Source: a virus
Length of the DNA stretch: 64,000 nt
IMG/VR virus record: IMGVR_UViG_3300042397_002774
Span: 1 to 64,000 of that record
Direction: 5' to 3' (one strand)
Shown: positions 57,532-64,000 of the stretch, one piece after another
Layout: each line of letters begins with the position of its first letter
How positions within the stretch are numbered: position 1 is the first letter of the stretch
Position numbers and translations under genes: made by a program
Notes under the pieces: model-generated
What the model saw: only the letters and a program-made list of their open reading frames with translations
What the model was told of the DNA's origin: nothing
Database searches by the model: none

Positions 57532-58609
57532 CTACTAAGTTTATTTCTTTAAAATTTTCTTCCATTTCATCCTCTTCAACAATATCAAAATCAGCTGATC
57601 CTAGAATTTGGAGCCATTCATTTGAATGTTCTTTTTTATAGTTATCAATTGCTTTTTTATCATCAGGGATGAAACCATGAACTGTCATTGTAACAGTACC
57701 CTTTGTTTGCACTCCAGTAACGTGATTTTTATCAGCAGATATCTTAGTACGTTTAGCAAATTCAACGTCTTTACCATCTTTAGTTGCTTTAATTTTGCTA
57801 GTACCACTGTTTGATACATTACCAAAAGTAATTACAAAAGATGAATCAAAGAACATTGTATCACCACCTTTATTTTTCAACTTAGGTTGTTCCATAGGTG
57901 AATTTGGTTTTGCAACCCACACCTTATTAACTGCTACAAATGTATTTGTATACGGTTGATTTTCTTTACGAGATAAGATAATCTTTTGGTTGATAAAGTT
58001 ACCAAATGTTTGAGACATTGCTCCAGCATTCCACTCATTGTTATTTTTATTTGATTCAACAGATAATCTACAAGGAATTGATCCTACTGAGTCCCACAGG
58101 AATAGTAGATCAAATGGTAATTTTCCTGCTGCTTGTTCACTTAACAAATCAGCTACGAAAGCACCTACATCTTCAATTGTGTTTAATGAACCTCTATCTA
58201 CATAAAGGAAAAAACCTTTATAATCAATAACTTCACCTGTTTCAGGATCAGCTACAGATGTTAGTTCAAAACCCATTTGTACAGCATGTTCCCAATTCCA
58301 TTTCATCTCTGTGATGATGAAAACTGGTAGTACGCCCATTTTTTGTGCAGATACTGCTGCTTCAAGCATTGCCGTTGTTTTACCTGTATCTGAATGGCCA
58401 CGTAACAGGGTTATATGGCCCATTGGAATACCAGGAATAGATAATACGTCTTGGAATGCTTTTGAAAGCGGGATCCACCTTTGTGGTTTAAATTTAACAG
58501 ATTGATCTAAGAATTTAGATTTCTTAAACGCATCAATGTTAAATGATTTCTTTAACGATTCGGATACAACCGTCGTTAAACTGTCTTTACTTTTAGCCAT
58601 TTTAGCCAT
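57518..58609 (-). CDS. RecA/UvsX-like recombinase
   Basis: GHSDTGKT, WDSVGS, KGG. Confidence 0.88.
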   Translation of the reverse strand: MAKMAKSKDSLTTVVSESLKKSFNIDAFKKSKFLDQSVKFKPQRWIPLSKAFQDVLSIPGIPMGHITLLRGHSDTGKTTAMLEAAVSAQKMGVLPVFIITEMKWNWEHAVQMGFELTSVADPETGEVIDYKGFFLYVDRGSLNTIEDVGAFVADLLSEQAAGKLPFDLLFLWDSVGSIPCRLSVESNKNNNEWNAGAMSQTFGNFINQKIILSRKENQPYTNTFVAVNKVWVAKPNSPMEQPKLKNKGGDTMFFDSSFVITFGNVSNSGTSKIKATKDGKDVEFAKRTKISADKNHVTGVQTKGTVTMTVHGFIPDDKKAIDNYKKEHSNEWLQILGSADFDIVEEDEMEENFKEINLVDVQE

Positions 58610-58615
58610 TATTTA

Positions 58616-59434
58616 TTAATCATTAAATAGTGAATCAAACTTATCAGTTGCTGTTGCTCTTGGTTTTACATCCAAAGAGTAAGGTTGGATTGGAGAATTG
58701 AGTTCTTTCAAGAAATCATCTTCCTCATCCACAATTGATGTTGGAGTTGCTTCCGGAGTTGATTCATCTTCAGGAGATAGCCACTTCTGCAATATATCTT
58801 TTAATGCATCATAAGTGTACTTTCGATTAATAGATAAGATGTCGGGTTGTTCTTCTAATGATTTAGTTACAAGTGCAGCATCATCAGAAATCGGGGTGGA
58901 TTTTGGTTTTGGTCTTAAAGTACATTTAATACCTTTTCTACCAGCAATTACATCTTCAATTGCTTCAACTGTAAAATCACGACCATCTGTAATGTCTGTA
59001 AAATCACCGTAATCTTCATCACTAGCAATACCCATTAATTGGTCATTAACTAATTTACCAACTTCCCATAGACGTACACCTTGACTCTCTTCACCGCGAA
59101 CGATTACTGGAGCAAAATAGCGTGTTTTAGGAGAAATTTTGTTGGCTAGAGTCCAATCATCTTTATCAGATGATTTACGTAGTTTCTTAGCAAAATCTGT
59201 GATTGGGTCTTCTTCACCCCAGTTACTTAGTGCTAAGATTGGTCCTTTTGAAAAACCATAGTGCATTTGAACTTCGCGCAATGGCCACTCTTTTCTAAAA
59301 GTGTTTGGGACGATTCTGATCTGGTGTTTACCTGCTTTTGGTTTCCAGAAAATTTTAGTGTAGTCGATTTTTTCACGACCTGCGCCTTTGTTGGCGTTCG
59401 CTTCAAGCTTTTGCTTGACAAAACTTAAATCCAT
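58616..59434 (-). CDS. single-stranded DNA-binding protein (gp32-like)
   Basis: FWKP, IRIVP, DITDGRDF, acidic tail ending FDSLFND. Confidence 0.82.
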   Translation of the reverse strand: MDLSFVKQKLEANANKGAGREKIDYTKIFWKPKAGKHQIRIVPNTFRKEWPLREVQMHYGFSKGPILALSNWGEEDPITDFAKKLRKSSDKDDWTLANKISPKTRYFAPVIVRGEESQGVRLWEVGKLVNDQLMGIASDEDYGDFTDITDGRDFTVEAIEDVIAGRKGIKCTLRPKPKSTPISDDAALVTKSLEEQPDILSINRKYTYDALKDILQKWLSPEDESTPEATPTSIVDEEDDFLKELNSPIQPYSLDVKPRATATDKFDSLFND

Positions 59435-59481
59435 ATTGTTTTTGTTTTAATTGTAAGTCGTTCTATGAACGGAATATATTG

Positions 59482-59513
59482 TGAATCTATGATTCTAAAT
59501 TTGGCCCTCCAAA
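59482..59513 (-). promoter_or_regulatory. sigma-A-type promoter
   Basis: TTTG-N20-TAGATTCA. Confidence 0.65.
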
Positions 59514-59930
59514 CTATTTGTTGAAGTCTATTATCCTATGGATTGCTGTATCTAATCTACGTAGGTCAGGACCATCCGTTAATAAAATACAATTTTTATA
59601 GTCATTCCAATTTACGATAAAGTTCTTGTCCATCACACCATTATTTAAAGTTCTTATTAAAGTATTAAGAGCATTAATGGTGTATAATGTATTTGATTCT
59701 TTTTTACGATGTAATAAGATAGTATTGGCCATCGGTGCATCTTGTACGTTGCCCGAGTCAATATTATAAGTACACATCAATTCTTCGCTTTGTGGAGATT
59801 CAAGAATGAATATCTTATTGAAAAGAATAGCGTAACGACGATTGATTGTGTTAACTGTATTTTCCAAATCCAATGGAGTTGTAAATGTACAGAATAATTT
59901 GTTCAAGTCTAATTCGTTTAATTGTTCCAT
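59514..59930 (-). CDS. conserved phage hypothetical protein
   Basis: LHRKKESNTLYTINALN. Confidence 0.7.
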   Translation of the reverse strand: MEQLNELDLNKLFCTFTTPLDLENTVNTINRRYAILFNKIFILESPQSEELMCTYNIDSGNVQDAPMANTILLHRKKESNTLYTINALNTLIRTLNNGVMDKNFIVNWNDYKNCILLTDGPDLRRLDTAIHRIIDFNK

Positions 59931-59939
59931 AATAAATAT

Positions 59940-61229
59940 TTATATTTTCCCCAAACCGTGGTACGATTGGCCTTGTTTAATGGTTACCGGATATTTTAAT
60001 GTATTTATTATATCCGAAATTAATTCTTTATCTTCTTCACTATAATCAAATAAGAAAGCATCATAAGTATACAATACTAATTTTGTTTTTTTACCTTCTA
60101 ATTTACTTAATACTAATCTTAGTAATTCAACATTAGTTGATGTTTCTTTACTTTGAACTATGTAATTAAATAACTTTGATCGAGTCATATCAGCGTCAGG
60201 CATAAATATCTTATTATCTGTCGCTAAGTATTTTCCATATTGGTAAGTATCCCACATACCATCTATGTAAGATAATACTTTTTCAAAAAATGGTTTTGAT
60301 TGATATTCAGACCAAACACCACCATATAATTGCTTAAATGTTAGTTCTTTAGCTTCTTGTTGTGTTACACCTAATATTTCACCTAGATATTCATATGTGT
60401 TTCTATCTTTAGGAAAATTAAATCCAACTAATTCACCAATTAATCGTGGATGATAACCCTGGAAATCAATTTCAATGAATTTATCATTTTCTGATTTAAA
60501 ACAGGCGCGTTCACCATCATCTTTATTTAATGCTGCGAAATTAATGCTATTAAATGTATTAGATGGGCGTGAAGTTGTGGTATATAGATTATATTGAGTG
60601 TATATTCTACTGCGATTTAAATTAAATTGTGGGTTGGTTAATTTCCCATTGTAATAATCAATAAAGCAGTTTTTATCGACCATTATGCCGTTTTTTTCAA
60701 TATGATAAAATACATCTGATGTGTAGAAATTTTGGAATTGGAATGGTGTATCACCTAGTGTGGGTTGTTTAATGATAGGTAATACCATATCAAATATAGT
60801 TTCACACATTTCATAATGTTTACTAATTGGTATTAGGCAGTTAACATTAGGTAATGAATAGTATTTACTATAATAATAATTAATACAGGTATTGTCCAAT
60901 GACTTGATATCAACTTGTTCAATAAAGTTTACATCATATAATTTATCAGACAATGGATATAAGTAATGTAATGCTTTTTTCTTATCTAATGTCCATAACT
61001 TATCAGTGTTGTTTAATAACCAATCAGTTAGTTCTGGTTTGTCTATACCAAATGATTCATTGTGATTTAAACAAAATATGTATCCCTTTTTATCCTTAAG
61101 TGGCCTAAGATATATTAAACTTAACTCAGTAAGAGATGGATGGAAATTGTCATTGAATGGGATGAACCGAATGAAGCAATCTCCAAATGCGCGAGGCAAT
61201 TGCGATGATTTTTCAACAATATAAAACAT
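59940..61229 (-). CDS. miniature family A DNA polymerase-like protein
   Basis: motif A IDFQGYHPRL, motif B AKELTFKQLYG, motif C YTYDAFLFD; TTTSRPS. Confidence 0.75.
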   Translation of the reverse strand: MFYIVEKSSQLPRAFGDCFIRFIPFNDNFHPSLTELSLIYLRPLKDKKGYIFCLNHNESFGIDKPELTDWLLNNTDKLWTLDKKKALHYLYPLSDKLYDVNFIEQVDIKSLDNTCINYYYSKYYSLPNVNCLIPISKHYEMCETIFDMVLPIIKQPTLGDTPFQFQNFYTSDVFYHIEKNGIMVDKNCFIDYYNGKLTNPQFNLNRSRIYTQYNLYTTTSRPSNTFNSINFAALNKDDGERACFKSENDKFIEIDFQGYHPRLIGELVGFNFPKDRNTYEYLGEILGVTQQEAKELTFKQLYGGVWSEYQSKPFFEKVLSYIDGMWDTYQYGKYLATDNKIFMPDADMTRSKLFNYIVQSKETSTNVELLRLVLSKLEGKKTKLVLYTYDAFLFDYSEEDKELISDIINTLKYPVTIKQGQSYHGLGKI

Positions 61230-61272
61230 AACCTTTTTTTTGTAGACTTAAATGTAATATAAAAACTTTGAC

Positions 61273-61767
61273 TTAAAAAGTTTCTTCTTGAAGATAAAGT
61301 TTTATTCCAGGCATTTTTTTATCGGCCTGTTCTACTTCATCTATGTTAAAAGTTCCCCCTTTTCTAAAACCTCCTGTTACATCACAATTTAATACTACTG
61401 TTTGGTATAAAGGATTATTTTTAACAGAATTATAAGTATCAATATTTATTTCTTTTATATAAACAGGAATAGTATGGATGTATTTAATAAAATATCTTAA
61501 CACAAACTTTTCATCAGTTGATATATTCCCTTCTTCATTTTCTTCAGAAATAACATCATTTAAATTAAAATAATATCCATTTATTTTATTATTTTCAACT
61601 AAACTAGATGCTAGTATTAACTGTTTTGATCTTCCTGTATATACTTTTCCAGGATATGCTTTGCCCTTCACTTCACAATAATATCCTGTATAGGGATTAT
61701 AATTAGAATCTAAATATTTTTCCCCTGATGTATAATTTACTTTTGCTATATTTTTAGGTGCTCTCAT
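61273..61767 (-). CDS. hypothetical protein
   Basis: ORF coupled to upstream large gene. Confidence 0.6.
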   Translation of the reverse strand: MRAPKNIAKVNYTSGEKYLDSNYNPYTGYYCEVKGKAYPGKVYTGRSKQLILASSLVENNKINGYYFNLNDVISEENEEGNISTDEKFVLRYFIKYIHTIPVYIKEINIDTYNSVKNNPLYQTVVLNCDVTGGFRKGGTFNIDEVEQADKKMPGIKLYLQEETF

Positions 61768-64000
61768 TATAAATTTTTAAGTATATAATCTTTAATTGTT
61801 TTACCTTCATTAGCAGCTTTATCAGTTGAAAGTTCACCATGTCCGAAAATTTGGTTCTTTTTAAATCCTAAAAATTGTATAAGACGAGCGGCTGCTATTA
61901 CTTGAACAGGTAGTACATCTGCATCATTCTTTGCTACTACCTCTACTCCTATTGATTTACCGTTATAGTTTCCAGCATGCCATCCTTTAGCTCCATCTGG
62001 CATAAATCTATAAATTCCTCCATTCCTTCCAATTACATATTGTGCTGGTAAGCCTCTGTCATAGAAAGTTCTATATGTGTGTATTGAGCCTTCACGTCCG
62101 TCTCTTCCATCACCACCTGCTGTATGGTGAACAACAAATATTGTTGGAGGAGAGGAAATAGTACCTAAATTAAATCTATTTAATTTTGTATCATCAATAA
62201 TTCCCGCTTCTGTCAATATTGGGATTTTTTGTTTTGATAAATCTATATCTGATGTTCCTTTTGTAAAGGTGTATTTTGGATAGTATTTAGAGAAATTTTG
62301 AGTTGATACTGCTTCTCCTACTTTAACTAAAGTCCCTCCTTCTGCATTTTTTACATTTTCTTTCCATGTTCCAGTACCATCTGTGTAGTTAGAACTTCTT
62401 AATCCCCCACCACCATTTCTAACTTTAGCAGTAGCACTAGTAACTCTACTTCCTTGTAAAGTAACATCAAATAAATCTACTTCTTCACCATCTGGGTCTT
62501 CTAGAATAATTGTTTGTCCCTCTAATTTAGTTGTCCAACCACTGTCATTAATTGTATGTCCTATACCTGTTAAAATATATCCTAATCTTCTACCAACTTC
62601 ACCATCAGTTTTATATCCTTTAGGAAGTAAATCTGGGTGGATATTAAACATATGTCCTATAATTAGATTTGATATACCATCTATTTCTAATGATAGTTTT
62701 GTTGGGATAATTGCTTTAAATTTAATTGGATTTGCAGACAATGCTCTAAAAATTGCTATAACATCTCTAAGAGCACCTTCATATTTAGATGCTTCAGTTA
62801 CTTCAAAATCTGCTTCAAAATCACCAATCCAGCTTTTACCCATCCAACTAATAAATTCATATATAGGTAATAAATTAGTTAATAAATTTTCTAATTGAAT
62901 AGCAGTGCTATCATCAGCACTTGTTGTATTCATAGCATTTATTTTTTTCTTTAAACGGTCTTTTACACCTTGGTTAAAACCAACCATAGTATCATTTTCT
63001 AAGCCTAATTGACCACCCCCTGTTTGGGCTCCTATTGCTACGATAGAAGATTGTTCAGAAAATATTTGTGATTCTAATGAATAATTTCTTACAGTAGACC
63101 ACAAACCATTATATTTTCCTGTTGGTTTACCATCTTCTGAATAGAATGTAAATGCATTATTATAAGCATCTGCTTTATTTTGTGTATCTACAAAGTTGAT
63201 GTCTATAATTCTAGCTATATTATCTACAGGATCAACGTGTATATCAAAATTATTTACATTTCCTGTCGCAGTAGATATATCTGCTAGCATTTTCTTTAGA
63301 AAATCATACAGATTAATAGTATTTTTTTCAGTTTTATCTCCTCCTTCTAATCCAGGGTCTTTACTTATTTTTAACAAATAACGTAAACTAACATATATAT
63401 TTCCTATTTGACCTAAACCTGCTTTACAAGCGGCATCGGGAGTGCCACTATCATCAGCTACAGAAAATGGTTTTAAATTATCCATAAATGCAAGAGCATT
63501 TGCGGCACCTTTTTGAGCATCTTTTACTTCTTTTGTTTTTCGCTCTAATTCAATTTGAGCTGTAATTGTTGCTTTTTTAGTTTTAATTATACCTAAATCT
63601 GTTCCTTTTAAATTCTTTAAACCTAAAGAAATACCTTCTATCTCTGATTCTAGAAAAGATGCATCTAGAAAATCATAAAATTGTTCAAATTGATAATAAC
63701 CTTTTCCACCTGTAGATACTTGTGGGGTAATAAACCCATCCTTTTTTTCAACCTTTACTGCTAATTCATATTGTCTTTGCAATTCACGAGCAGCCGAATC
63801 TACATCAATGCCTGCTTTATTACAAGCATCAAAATATCTTGTAAGAGAATCTGCAATAGTTTTTTCATCACTATTATCCTTCACACCCTCAGGTATTACT
63901 GTGTTATTTATTACTATACTAGCAGCAACTTCTACTGTAATTTTGGAGCCTAAAAAATCCATAGTTTTACTTGTACCATCACTATTCTTAACTTGAGGTC
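61767..64000 (-). CDS. large probable structural (baseplate hub/tail) protein with C-terminal N-acetylmuramoyl-L-alanine amidase; 5' end outside window
   Basis: frame open to window edge; VVHHTAG, WHAG..N..SIGVE, GHGE amidase motifs; IGHTINDSGWTTKLEG hub-like motif. Confidence 0.75.
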   Translation of the reverse strand, partial: PQVKNSDGTSKTMDFLGSKITVEVAASIVINNTVIPEGVKDNSDEKTIADSLTRYFDACNKAGIDVDSAARELQRQYELAVKVEKKDGFITPQVSTGGKGYYQFEQFYDFLDASFLESEIEGISLGLKNLKGTDLGIIKTKKATITAQIELERKTKEVKDAQKGAANALAFMDNLKPFSVADDSGTPDAACKAGLGQIGNIYVSLRYLLKISKDPGLEGGDKTEKNTINLYDFLKKMLADISTATGNVNNFDIHVDPVDNIARIIDINFVDTQNKADAYNNAFTFYSEDGKPTGKYNGLWSTVRNYSLESQIFSEQSSIVAIGAQTGGGQLGLENDTMVGFNQGVKDRLKKKINAMNTTSADDSTAIQLENLLTNLLPIYEFISWMGKSWIGDFEADFEVTEASKYEGALRDVIAIFRALSANPIKFKAIIPTKLSLEIDGISNLIIGHMFNIHPDLLPKGYKTDGEVGRRLGYILTGIGHTINDSGWTTKLEGQTIILEDPDGEEVDLFDVTLQGSRVTSATAKVRNGGGGLRSSNYTDGTGTWKENVKNAEGGTLVKVGEAVSTQNFSKYYPKYTFTKGTSDIDLSKQKIPILTEAGIIDDTKLNRFNLGTISSPPTIFVVHHTAGGDGRDGREGSIHTYRTFYDRGLPAQYVIGRNGGIYRFMPDGAKGWHAGNYNGKSIGVEVVAKNDADVLPVQVIAAARLIQFLGFKKNQIFGHGELSTDKAANEGKTIKDYILKNL

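Noticed and set aside
42049-58609. Inteins or introns in PolB, NrdA, helicase or RecA
   Set aside because: Lengths are normal and motifs contiguous.
625-63996. All plus-strand ORFs in the track
   Set aside because: They are antisense shadows of well-supported minus-strand genes or RNAs, with no recognisable motifs.
1-64000. Stop-codon reassignment
   Set aside because: Core genes are full length in the standard code, TAG and TGA both end genes, and no suppressor tRNA is seen.

Overview
This window is a 64-kb segment of a large dsDNA tailed phage. All credible genes lie on the minus strand and read with the standard code. The host is very likely Bacteroidota, because many genes are preceded by a TTTG-N20-TAnnTT(T/C)A element matching the Bacteroidota sigma-A -33/-7 promoter. 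Layout from left to right: (1) about 0-15 kb, small early/accessory genes including a 4x AT-hook protein, DNA ligase, DUF932 protein, SpeD, a secreted nuclease and a metallophosphoesterase; (2) about 15.2-24.2 kb, a block of exported/membrane proteins: two CsgG-like paralogs, two cohesin/dockerin-like proteins (one with a C-type lectin), two lipoproteins resembling T9SS C-terminal domains, a probable beta-barrel with a long linker, and a tiny DST-repeat lipoprotein; (3) a tmRNA with an unusually long tag, five tRNAs and a 159-nt tRNA-like RNA with an 80-nt variable arm; (4) ClpP, glycosyltransferases and methyltransferases; (5) a T4-like replication core (clamp loader, clamp, PolB, helicase, RNase H/FEN, RecA/UvsX, gp32-like SSB, a second miniature PolA-like gene) with GroEL/ES/Hsp20, RNR and a 7-deazaguanine pathway (folE, queD, queE, queC, TGT/DpdA-like) next to a phosphoribosyltransferase; (6) the 3' part of a large amidase-tipped protein, probably structural. 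The best candidates for an undescribed system are the exported CsgG/cohesin-dockerin/lectin block and the giant tRNA-like RNA. All family assignments come from motif recognition by eye, not database searches.
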